Part shown: one piece after another, positions 38,221 through 50,300 of the stretch
Layout: each line of letters starts with the position of its first letter
How positions within the stretch are numbered: position 1 is the stretch's first letter
Assembly: GCA_050084515.1 (NCBI GenBank)
Contig: CM114271.1
Coordinates: forward strand, 5,332,001-5,396,000
Direction: 5' to 3'
DNA: 64,000 bases
Source of the DNA: Blasia pusilla
Taxonomy: Eukaryota
Program-made: the position numbers and the translations under genes
Notes under the pieces: model-generated
Databases searched by the model: none
What the model was told of the DNA's origin: nothing
The model's input: only the letters and a program-made list of their open reading frames with translations

Positions 38221-40879
38221 ACTCTGTGTGAGTAAAGTTTGCTTATATGGACAAAGTTTCTATTAAGTTTATGTGATAGTTACAAATCATACGCAAGATT
38301 TCGTGTTGGCACATGTGGTAGCAAATAGGGATAGTACTAGAACTTAGAAGGAATAAAATTGTTATGGAGTGGAAGATAACTTAGTTTAATAATCATCTTT
38401 ATGAAGAAATTTGCTTCATGCCATTAACTATTGAGACTTATGGATGAAAAGTTTAACAATTTCCATTTTTAGTGATATCCTCCATTTGAGGGATGACTCA
38501 CCTTTAGTTATTGGGTTCATACAATATAGACAATAGATCTCCATTGCTTTACAACTTGCCCAAGCCTATGGGCTTATGAAACGAATTAAGACTGCCCGTG
38601 CTATACACAGGTTAAAAAATCGGTATGCTACGGAATACACGCCCATTAAATATATTATCTCAACTCTTATGTTAAACAATACATGTGTTAATAAGGGAGG
38701 AGTGCAAAAAGCATACGTGTAGACACCACAGGAAGGGTTTTTAAACTTATCCTCTTTTAATAATATAGATTACATGAGATGTGAATGTTAAAAACCATCT
38801 GATTGGCAAAAAAATTTCTTTAGTTTCCATTTTTTTATCGTGAGTGCAATTAGATTGTAAATCTTTTTTTATGTTTTATCCATATCTATTAATAATCCTT
38901 CTATCATTCATAATGAATTTCTTGTGTTTTTTACTTCATGATTTGGAGTATCTATATAATTAAAATAAAATGAGATTAAAAGAAATCCTCATTAGGTGTC
39001 CACACTTGTCTCATAAAAATTCTTAAAATGTTTCATTTCAAGAGAAATAATTTAATTATAAAAATTATTAAATTATATTAAAAAAAGGAAAAGAAAACCC
39101 AAACTAATATGTTTTAATTTGAGCACTAATGTATTAGCGGTGTTAAGAAAGGTTTTTTCATTCACGGGCTGCCCGGATCCCAGTGCGAAAATCTGAGGCT
39201 TTTTACAGCACCCGCCGCCGCACGGTTTCATGAGGTACTAGTGTCACAGTGTGACCTGGCGGGCCCTCGCGGACAGGCAGGGCTTGTCGTATATGGAAAG
39301 AGCGCCCATCACAAGAGCCGTTGGCTGATTGGCCGCAGTCCGCTCTGTGCTGCGGAATGACTAGTAGGAGTGCCGCGGGCCCACCGGGCAGCGCTGGATC
39401 GTTTCCTCGTCCGAGACAGCGGCGCTCACAAGTCACAATACGAGAGCTATTGGCTACAGTAACCGTGCTGCTCTACAGCAGTGTCCGGCAGGAATACGAC
39501 AAGAGAACTATGGGCCGTCGTGCGTGGACGGACTCCTCTCTGACATCGGACGGAGCGTTCGCCGTTCCGACCGTCCGGACCCATGTACCCAGTCGGGTTA
39601 CCCGGGTACTCTTGTCAGCCAATAGACAAATCAAGGACGTTTTCCCTCCGGAAAGTCATGAATAAACTAGTTTGGTCTCCTATCAAGGAGGGTAGGGAAA
39701 CTAGAGTTTAGCACATATGAAAGTCAAAGTTCCCAAATTCAAGAGATATTTATGGCATATATCTATTAGTGGATGGTATGAGATTACGAGAAAAGCTGAC
39801 CGGTTAAATTTGAGAATTTCTGATGGATTGATTTAAAAATTGATTGCAAAAAATTGGTTGGATTAGAATAGGTTCTTTGTATTTTGTACGTGAAATTTGT
39901 TTAAGAAAACGGATTTATTATTTCCGACTGGAACATTCTTGACAATGTATACGACCCCATGAAAAAACTCCCCGAACCCTGCCCGGTGGTGACAAAGACC
40001 CAGACAAATTCATTTTAAGTTGGTTAGACATCACCCTAGAAGATAGGTATCCCCTCTCTAAGTTTAGGTTGTTGAGAGACATGTTTCATTAATAGTTAAT
40101 AATATAGATATTATTAATGCATATGGGTTTAACACAAGTGTAAGTTTAAAGAAGGGAATGAAGTTAAGGAAAAAATGAATACTCAGTTAAGAGTATAGGA
40201 CATCCAAAGGAGATGGGGCCCACGGGGGAGAACTTATGAAAGGGCCTAATAAGGCGTCTCATAAAACATGTTGACGTCCATAAAATATGGAGGATCTCCA
40301 TTTAGTTCAAGGAAGTTTAGGATTATTATATTCCGTAGTTTAGAGCGTGTGTGATTTAAATATACCAATGGTGGCTTTGGATGTCTTGTCATAAGAGGTG
40401 CACGTCCATGTTTGATGACACTGGTGGATTGAATTTGACCATAAAGAAAGTCATTGGAGGATCATTTTTCCCAGTTTAGTATGGAGAAGAATCTATATTG
40501 TTGTTGGAGAATGCTTCTTCAATTTGCAAGCTCTCCCTCTCTTGTCACTTTCAATCAATATGATCACACGCCTTTTGAACCAATTGTATTACTTGAAATT
40601 AATTTTAATGAAATTTGAAAATATTTATGAAAAGAAATTCAAAAACAATTTTACAAGAGACTAATCTATACCATTAAATGAGTATGGGATAAAAAATCCA
40701 AGATAAATATAAATGAAATGAAAAAGAAAAAAAACACAATTTTTTTTCTTTCAAAAATTACATGTTACTCGTGAATAGCACGTGCATATATGTCTTTTAA
40801 CACTAGAGTGTTAAAAGACGGAGAAATCCATAAGTGTAGGTTTCCGTACGAAAGTTAATTTGGGGGCTATCTAATTCCG

Positions 40880-41230
40880 GTTTTGCAGGAGGGGGCAAAC
40901 GGAGTAGAATCTCCATCCGCGGAACAGGCTCCCAGCAAGTGATGAGGTGGCAGAATGCCGGACGTGTGGAACTACGGAGGACGGAAGCCATGTGAAAGCT
41001 TTCACGCCAGACCAATGGCACTGTAGCGTGCAGCCGCTCCTAGACGGGTCACGGGAGGGCAGGGAAGGACAGGAAGTGGCGGAAAGGGTACGACGGAGGC
41101 ACAGTAGTACGGTTCTCCCTGTCGCGATGGATCGTGGTCACGACGTCGCGATGAAGCCAGGCCACGACCATAGGATAGGCGCGACGTGATTCCCATACCT
41201 CTCTCTGAGTCTCTCCCTCTCTGTGTGTCG
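40880..41230 (+). promoter_or_regulatory. Probable promoter/TSS region of the GT47 gene (CpG-rich island followed by CT-rich leader)
   Basis: Abrupt switch from AT-rich DNA to CpG-retaining sequence with ACGT cores, then a CT-rich Y-patch from ~41195. The nearest plus-strand CDS starts at 44256. Confidence 0.4.
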
Positions 41231-41499
41231 TATCTACGATCTCTGTTCTCTGCTCTGGTCAGATCAGCTTTTCCTCGTACTCATCTGTCAGAAGCTGACT
41301 CAATTCTCGAATCACGAGCTCCTCAGATGCGGTGATGTCTGCTCGCAAGTGTAATTCTTCTTTTTCTCTCTCAGTCTATCTCGTTGCGGCGACTTCTGAG
41401 GATTTCTGCTGCTCTGTTTTGTCTCGTGTGGGTTCCAGGGAGATAGGGACGGGACAACGTTCGAGTTCAAAGCTTTGGTTAAGTGAGCTTTAGGAAAAT

Positions 41500-42360
41500 C
41501 TACGCTGTCGGGGTAGGGAGATGCTGTCTATGCATTTATTTTCTTTATTTTTAGTGGGTAGTTTACTCCACGAAGGATTAGCTGATATTATTGTGGAGCA
41601 TGGGTCTAAGAGGGGTTGAGTGGAGAATCGGAAATTGTACTCTCTCTCTTGGGAATAATGCTGCTGCTAAAGCGCCATTGAAACTTATTTTCTGCTCTTC
41701 CCTCTGTGGGGAGAGAGGTGCAGGTTTTTTTCAGTAGAGTTCAGTTTCTGAAGGAGTAGGTGATATTCATTGTGGAGCATGCATTAGAGCGGTCGAGTGA
41801 GGAATTTGAAAAGTTTTCTCTTTGTGGAATGCTGCTTCTAGAAGGCCATTGAGGGCAGAATAACTATTTTTCTTTCTACTGTCTCGGGGGAGAGAATCCT
41901 GGTTTAGCGGGCAGTTTAGTTCATGCATAGATTTTCTTAGAGGGAGTCTACTCTCTTCTCTCTTGGGAAGGATGCCACTAGAAGCCATGGTGCGGCAGTT
42001 CAGCTTATTTTCTTCTCTCTATGAAGAGAGATGAAGTTTTTAGTTTGGTTTATGAAGGTTTAGTTCACATCGATTGTGAAGCATGTGCCTTGTCGTCCTC
42101 CGGATTCCTCCCTCTCTTAGAGACTTCGAAAACGAGGAACTAGAAATTCTATCGGGAATGCTGCTAGAAGATTATTTTGTGGGCGGTTTAGCTTATTTCA
42201 TCATCTCTGGGGGAGAGAGATGCTGGTTTAGTGGGTAGTTTAGTTTATGAAGGTTTGGCTCACATCGATTTAGGAGCATGTGTCTTAGAGAGTTCGAGTG
42301 GGGAATTGGAAATTGTTCTGTCTACTGGGAATGCTGTTGCTAAACGGCCATTGTGGTAGT
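41500..42360. repeat. Degenerate tandem repeat, ~140-190-bp unit, ~5 copies, in the GT47 leader
   Basis: The anchor ggaa(t)gctgc recurs near 41651, 41826, 41965, 42154 and 42327, with shared gggagagaga..tttag..gtttag..gaagg..ggagcatg blocks. Confidence 0.7.
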
Positions 42361-42902
42361 TTCGGTTATGGGTGTTTAGTTCGCCCTTGTGCTGCAGATG
42401 ATCTGAGATGTTGGAGGTGTTTTCATTGGCTTTTTCCTGCCTTTCGTGTTAGTATCGAGCTTCTCCTTGTTTCGTGATGGACTTTTCCATCCTTCTTTAT
42501 CACTCATTACGGATGCTTTTTCGTCAGTGGACAAGAAGTCACTTCATTCATTCGTCTGCTGTTTTATTGATTTCTGCTGCTCTGCTTTGTCTCGTGCGGA
42601 TTTCAGGTAGAGAGGGATGGGAAATTGCACTGTCTGGAAAGGTTGGCTGGCTGGCTGGCTGATTGATTGATTGAGTGGTGAGCGATTGGAAGTTGTACTC
42701 GCTCTGTATCTAGTGATTGGATTCGAGGTGGTGAGGGATGGGGTATCGGACAGTCGAAAGCGCGAGTTGAGTGAGCGATAGGAAATTCTACCCTCTCTGC
42801 GGGAAGGGATTTGCATTTCTGCTTCTCTGTTCTGTTGTTGGATTCGAGGTGGCGATGGTGAGGCTATCGTACAGTGGCAGTGCTGGTTGAGTGAGCAACA
42901 GG

Positions 42903-42939
<37 letters not shown>

Positions 42940-44255
42940 TGCGTCTCTGTCTGTCTTTGTATCTGTCTCTGGTGACGTCTGGTGTGGGTTTCAGGGAGGA
43001 ACGGAAAACGATCGTACCGCTGAAAGCTGCGGTCAGAGATGTTGGGGGGTGGTTTGTGTGTTCTGCTGCGTTTCTTCTGAGACAGTTTAGAGTTTAGCGT
43101 CCCGATTAGTGAGTGACGGAGTAGGTACTCTTGGAGGTCCACTGGTGTGGGTCGCTTGCTAGCTGCCCTCCTTCCTCTTCCTGCATTGGGAATTTGAGGG
43201 GTTTTCCTTTCTTTCTTTGGGGCTGTTCAGGGATCATCATCGGATCTCTGGTTTGAGCGCTGGGGGTGGTGCTTCTTCGAAAGAGGAGCCGTTGGGCGAG
43301 GAAGAAAAGTGGCGGAGTTGGTGTGTGGTCATAAAGCTCCTCCACTGATTTCTCCCCTTCCACTCTGCTTCTCTCCAATTTTGGCGGTTCTCGTCAATCT
43401 CTTGAGACTCTCTCCCTCTCCCCCCCCCTTGATCCTGATGGGTTTTCCATCAAAGTTTCTATTAAAGTTTTTATATTCCTCATTGAGCGGCCATGGACAA
43501 TAAAGCACTGCACTCTCTCTCCATCTCTCTTATTTTGGAGGGTCTCTGTTGTTGAAGCTCTCGAGGTTCTCTTCTCTTACACACTCCAATTTTGGCAAGT
43601 ATACGACAGGCGCTACGTGAGGGGTATAATTGTCTGTCTCCGTGTACTTCACTTGCGTATAACCGGATAGACTAGAGGCTTGTGAAGCACCTTCTCACTC
43701 ACTCTCTCACCCGAAGGACCGCAGTCCCCTCGTGGGTCCCCATTGACAATCAATCAGTCAGTCTACTCCTACGATAGGAACCTCTGTCAAGAGTACAGCT
43801 TCTACGCGTCACTTGAGAGTCGGGCAGACTCCAGCCCTTGACTTCATTCAGACTGGACTTGGAACCTCCGTCTCTGCAAAACCTGAAGTGCCATTGCTAA
43901 CTGGAAATCCCGTGGTCAAAAAATCAGTTCACTGCATCCATTCGTTGATGGTTGCCTTATCGGTCCGGGCGAACTTCAGGTTGTGTTGTGGAAACAGTGG
44001 CCTCAAACCTCAATGCTGATGTCAATGGAAGGAAAGGTTGCGGCGCTGTCATGGGCAGGTGATGATGGGGGAAATCATTGTGGACTCATGTTTGAAGTTG
44101 CGGGTGTCGGTCTCATCTTGTCATCCTCTTGGGGAAATGTGGGAGACGTCGTCTTGGGGTGTAGATGAATTGTGATGCAATAATTGCTCTGGGATCCGGT
44201 CGCGTAAGGGCGGAGGCGGAGGAAGAGGAGGAAGTGGAGGGGAGGGGGAGGAGGG

Positions 44256-46345
44256 ATGAATGCGCGGAGCAGACTGGGGCTGCCATTTGTGCGTATTCGC
44301 ACACTTTTTGTAGCATTTGTGGTGTTTCTGGTGACAGGTCTCAGCGTTTCCCAATTCGGAAAGTATTTGAGCGCACCGTCACGGCAAACTCTGTTGTCGG
44401 AGAAAGGGCTTCCGGTTACTTGCGAGGGAAGATGGATATACATCTACAATCTGTCATCGGTTTTCAATCAGGATTTTGTGGCCAACTGCTCCACCTTCAA
44501 GAAGAATGTGGACCTCTGTCCATACATGGAGCACGGCGGAATGGGAAGAGCTTTTAATTACGAGCCAGAGCTCTTCTCTGGTGATGTCTGGTTCAACACT
44601 TGGCAGTTCAGTCTCGAGGTTTACTTCCATCAGCGATTACTGAATTACCCATGTATAGCTCATGCGGAAGAATTGGCAGACATTTTCTATGTGCCCTTCT
44701 ATGCTGGAATGGACTTGACCATGAGAATGACTCATCGGCAGCTGAAGAGAGACGCCCTCTACAAGGATCTTCTGGAGTGGCTGAGGGAGCAATTTTTCTT
44801 CAATCGTCATGGTGGCCTGGATCATTTCACAACCCTGGGGAGAATTGCTCTCGATTTCAGAAGACCCAAAGGCGATTCATGGGGCACTCAAGTAAGTGAT
44901 TTCTTCTTTCTCGTCCCTCCTCTCTAACCATTCATGGAACCTCTACATCTATTATGTCAAAGAGGGCACTTCATTGGGGTGTGGAGCACCTCCTTGCACC
45001 CCAAGTTCCATGATGAATTTCGTTGCATCCCCAGTTACATGCATAAGTTTCTTTTCATGACTACACCGCTGGAGCATCGATGTATGTACTCCATATCCAA
45101 GACAAAATGGTAACAGCATTCCCATAATGACTGGACAATTGATCACATGGTGGTAGCCTGCTGGTTTAAGATTGATCTTAGGGTAGGGTTTTATGTTACA
45201 ATCAGCTGAGGTTTGAGATGCATGAAATCCGTCTGACCCAGGACTGACTGGTTTGGCAACAGATTCGCCCTGTTCAGATCTGCACTTCATTGTGTTCAAC
45301 ATATCTCCTGCTCAACCAAATTTCCATTCAAACAAACTTACGGAGTATATGTTAATGTTGGATCGAGAAGTCATTGTTCAGATTTTTGTGAACCTCTTGG
45401 AGTGTACTGAAGTCAGTCTTTTGGGGTTTATCCTGTCTGCATGTGTGCAAGTTCCAATGTTTTGAAGGTCCTTCTTGTGCACCCCTACTAATTGAGTCTT
45501 GGATATGTCTGCAGATGCTTTTCCACCCTGATTTCAAGAATATGATTAAGCTAACTATAGAGCGAGATGGAGGAACTCCGAGTTATTCAAACAATGAGAT
45601 TGCTATCCCTTACCCTACCCACTTTCATGCCAGTGACGATGCACAGGTTGGTCAACTTATAAGTTGGGCAATGCAATCGACTCAGCGTTCTTCGTTTGTG
45701 AGTACAGCAGGAGTACGAAGGCAGCGGCTGGGTGGCATCAGGGAGAAGATTGTTAGGGATTGTGAATCGGATATGAGATGCACCTTGTTGTTATGTGAAG
45801 GACATGAAGGGATCAATCAAACTGACCTTAACCTTCGGTACCCAGGCAATATTCCCATAGCTGGACATAACCTTCATACATCATGCAGCTATCCTTCAGC
45901 AGTGCTGGATGTCTTCCACAACTCACAGTTCTGCTTGCAGCCTCCAGGAGATAGCCCAACTCGCCGATCCTTTTTTGACTCAATGCTGGCAGGTTGTATT
46001 CCGGTGATCTTCAAGCCTACAGCTGCATGGACTCAATATACCTCATTTCTCCCAGAAAATGGAGAGGGGTACTCTGTGTTGATTCCATTATCTAAAATTC
46101 GGAAAGAAAATGTCATTGATTTCTTGGCCAAAATTCCTCAACACAAAATCGCTTCCATGAGGGCAAAACTAGGAGAGCTTTTACCTCAAATACTGTATGC
46201 ACACGTCAGCAGGAAGTATTCCTTTGCAACCACTCGAACAAAGACAAAGCTGAGTGATGTTGAACAGGTCATGGAGACACCTGATGCTTTTGATATTGCA
46301 CTCCAAGAAGTGTACTTGCTGATTCAGAGAAACATGCGCTACTAG
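44256..46345 (+). CDS. GT47 (exostosin) clade A xyloglucan side-chain glycosyltransferase, MUR3/XLT2/XUT1-like (2 exons, ~488 aa)
   Basis: Exons 44256-44891 (donor GTAAGT) and 45515-46345 (acceptor GCAG) are in frame. N-terminal TM anchor; motifs CEGRWIYIY, FYVPFYAG, DHFTTLGRIALDFRR, IPYPTHFH and FCLQPPGDSPTRRSFFDSMLAGCIPVIF. Confidence 0.93.
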
Positions 46346-47381
46346 TTCTGCAGCCTGGCCTCAAAAGTGGTCTTTGGCACTTTCAGTCTTCAATGTATTG
46401 ATTATTTGCACACTGCCAAGTTCTGTTGAGAGAGCCCTGGTAAGGAGTGCCAAACCTCCACTGCATATTTAGCAGGTCCTGGCTCAATGGGAACACGTGA
46501 AGCTATATCAGACCCTCCATACCATCATTCTTGGACATCTTTGTACACATCTTTGAGTTCATGGTGGGAAGGTTCCAGCTGACACTACTAAAGAGTGCAG
46601 TATGTAAACATCTTTGTAAAGACAAGATTCTTCAACTACTGCAATTAGATCTGGAAATTGGGGTATGGGGTTGGTAGTGTTTGCACAAAATGATAACGAC
46701 GAATAATCTGATTATCTAGATGAAGAGTAGTTTGGTTGTATGTAGGCATGAGTGGGATATTGAATTTTGAGTTAACTGGGCTCACAACCCATTAGGTTGA
46801 CAAGAATCTCATCATGGATTGAGAACTTGACTTTGACTTTGATTCGTGATGAGCACTAGCTGTGTTAGTGTCGGAGACCCAGAGATCCAGATCATCCAAG
46901 TTTGATGAGAAACCATAACTGCGTCTTCCAAATTTGTAGAACGTCTCCAACGCAGCATTCCAAATTGGACACAAAAGAATGTTCCAAATCCACACTTTTA
47001 AGCCCAGGTTCACCCAGAAGTAATGAGGGACCATCAGAAGGCTTTCGTCCTCTCGGTATCACATCAGTATGATCACCATCTCACTCCTAAAATCTGATCA
47101 TGATTGACATGTCAGATTTGCAGCCTCAGTGAATCCACCCTTAAAGACTCCGTACTACACGAGAAATGAGATGATATCTGCAAGAAGTGGTATCAGAAAT
47201 CCCCATGAACTATCATACAAGCGGAAAGAATCATGCAAGCTGGGCTGAGAGCGATGATATGAATTCATTTACAAGACCTTAAATAGTAATGTACATAAGT
47301 CCAAATGTGTCCCTCCATTGGAAGGAACCATCAAGAAAAAAATTCTTCTGAACATGTCATAGTAACAGTCAGATCAGAAAC

Positions 47382-50300
47382 CTACTGTACTCTCTCAAAG
47401 TAGCGGCTCAGCAAATTCTTCACCATTTCTTCCAACTTGTGCTTATCACGAGTTGGAAATTGATCCACCCTACACCCATCCTGTCCATGTGTGGGAGTGT
47501 AAGTTTAGTTCGGCCAGACAAGAACAATTCTGTCAAAAGTGGAAAACAGGAAATGAGCTTTGCTCTTTGCTCGCAAACTATAAACTACCAGTTCTGCAAA
47601 CAAACGTTAAACTCATCTGACATTTCTACCACGTGAGTTAAGCTTTGCCCATAAACCTTCTCTATGTCACATCTGCAGCACATGAAATCATTTTTGCCAC
47701 AAACCTTGATGTCATACTTGTTTTTAGAAAATATTAACTAATCATGTCAAATTTTCTGGTTTGTCTATACTCATCTACAGAGGGTTCCCCGATCTTGATC
47801 TTGACCGGTTTTGCCCACAAAACTAGATTCTTCTTACTTCTCCAACATCAAATTTACTCATACGTGCATCCTTTCACATCTGCGCAATTTCTTGAAACAT
47901 TTCATCCATCTGGATCTTGACAGTGTGTGGCCTTTAATAAACTCTCCTTTGATTGTATAGGCTAGATTTCTTCCCCTCCCATAACTTTTTTACGCATGTA
48001 TGCTTGTTCTCTATGGACATCCATTAAGAAGCATATGGGTGAGTACTCATACCACAAAGAAGGTGAACATTGGTACTGTCTTGATGGAATAAAATCGGGC
48101 CAAGTCCTGTAATTAAAACCAGGGTCTCATTAGCAAGTTCACATGCATGAAATCTACTTTCAACCATGATCTCAAACTGTGACATGCCCTAATGTACAAA
48201 ACTTTAAAAAATGCCAGGAAGTCTTAGGTCCTCTTGATATCCAACATGACAAATACAAAGTAGATTGGACATCACTTTACCCTGACAATGATATAACAAA
48301 ATGGGTTGAGGACAAACCGTCAAATCATCGTACTCATCATGCACATTGTGCTTGATGAACTGAACTCCTTTCTCCTCATCCACAGGGCACTCATCCCCGC
48401 ATCCCTGGTGGGTCATTTGGAATCGTGAGAAGTGAAGTAAAGGCAGGCGCATCGTCAATGCTGAGCCCACTCGACTGCCAGGAAATTTCAGGTTGAGAAA
48501 GTGAAGATGTGGCTTCCAAATCGAAACACAAAACTCACCCGTTTGCACAATTTGATGAACTGTGGAAGAATGTATTTGCAGGACCCACATGAGGAGCTGT
48601 AGAAGTCAACCACAACCTGCCAACAAACCATCACTTCTTTTTCAGTACTGCAGTTGAGGCTTTGCTCTGGGTCTTCACAGCACCCAAGATGTGCAACAAA
48701 GGCGAGTGAATAGTGAGGTGACAAGAAAAGTACGTTGATGAAACCCATCCAAGGAACTTCCAAGGATGAAACTCGTGTTCAGCTAGTACAAGGATGACAA
48801 AAGAAAATTAGTGATGAAAAAATCCAGGAAACCTCGAGAATGGAACTGGTCTTGACAGACTCAGTGCTTTCTCTTAGAGTCAGTGACTAGCCACAGCTAA
48901 CAGTCCACATGATCCAGAGTTATCGAGGCATATTTTGTAGAAGCAAATACCTCCGCATGTACATGAGAAGTGAGACACTGTAGAAACGATGTAGAAAATT
49001 TGACATCCTTAAAGCATAAAGAAAAAGAAACATGGGCCGCTTGGAGCCCAGGAAAACTTCTAGTGCTAGGAGGACACTCAGTTCAGTATATGCACATCGG
49101 ACAACAAGATGAGTGGACGTCTTCCTGACTCTTAGGTTTCTGGTGATTCCTGCAACCATGAATAACAACTTAGTTTCAAGTCTCCGAGAGTTCTGAAATC
49201 TCTGGAAAATAGTATGGAACGAGGATGCTTTTAAATCTTTGAACAGTCAGCATAAACCAAGTAAGCAGCTTCAGACGAGAGTCTGAGGTTGATCACTGTC
49301 CTCAACTAAAGAGCCCTGCAGTCAACGAGTACTTCTGAGCAGGAGTCTCTTCCAGGTCCTAAACTGGAGCCTATGCTTTCCCAGTCCCCTGGCAATCATG
49401 TGGATAGGGAGTTGGGAAACATGACAATGAACAACTGCTTACTTGGTGTGCATTTGCAGATGATGTGCAGGGAAATCGACCATCTACATTCCTTTCCAAG
49501 TGTTCGGTGGTATTGGAACTATGTACGTGCATTCTTGCCATGCAAATGTAGATGAGTCCAGGCAGTGACAGAGATGAGTTCGGAATCTCATGGTCTCCTA
49601 TACTGTGTAGAAAAAGAGCTGAGATATTTTTGTGGAGAGTTCTGGTCAGTAGCTGCTTGATTTTGTTGAGATCAAAGAAAAAGGTTTACAGTAACGAGAT
49701 TTATATCAAAAGTTGAGAGCATTCTACTTGGTGCTTAAGCATGTCATGAGTTCGTACATTGGCTGCACGTCCACTGGAAGTTCAGTTAACATGATCTAGT
49801 TGATTTTTCTGCTCTATCTCAATTTCCCCTTCGTCAGCCCATGATTTCAGGAGTCTAGATGGAGCCCCAGATGAAAAGGCTTGTTCAATTTAATATTGGC
49901 ATCAAAACACTTGGACTCTGACAGATCTTCCATGAATATGGAAAGATTACCTCTATTACTCATCCAGGGACCTCCAGTGCGCCGAATATGTAGATGCCAT
50001 CTCAAACATCATGCACAGTCTATAGACTGTGGTGGCTAGATTTAGGGAACCTAAGTTGTTTTAATGCAGAATTAGTGGAAGCAGGAAAGCTCTCCACATG
50101 CTGAAACCCTGACAAGTCATCCTGGGATATCTCACCAATAATTGCAGAAAGGGAAAAGAATTGCCAAGTTCCTGGCACACAGTTAAAATTCAGCCACTAA
50201 AGAGAGAAGGGGAGAAGAGAGGAAAACTCAAATATTGAAAAAAACAAAGAAAATACATACCAAGGAGTTGGTCAGCTCAGCATCTTGAAGAACTCTTTCA

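Larger units (their letters stand above)
34495..38769 (-). mobile_element. Helitron defined by minus-strand termini (5' TC...hairpin-CTAG 3'), carrying a RepHel pseudogene on the opposite strand
   Basis: Minus 5' end A|TCTATATTATTAAAAG at 38769. 3' end CTAG|T at 34495, with a decayed subterminal hairpin cttgtgc-cat-gcatgaa (~34505-34521) resembling CCCGTGC...GCACGGG. Confidence 0.65.

Noticed and set aside
40765-40810. Possible plus-strand Helitron 3' end (cgtg..gcacg...CTAG)
   Set aside because: The hairpin is weak and ~20 nt from CTAG, which is followed by A rather than T. It is also separated from the RepHel by unrelated sequence.
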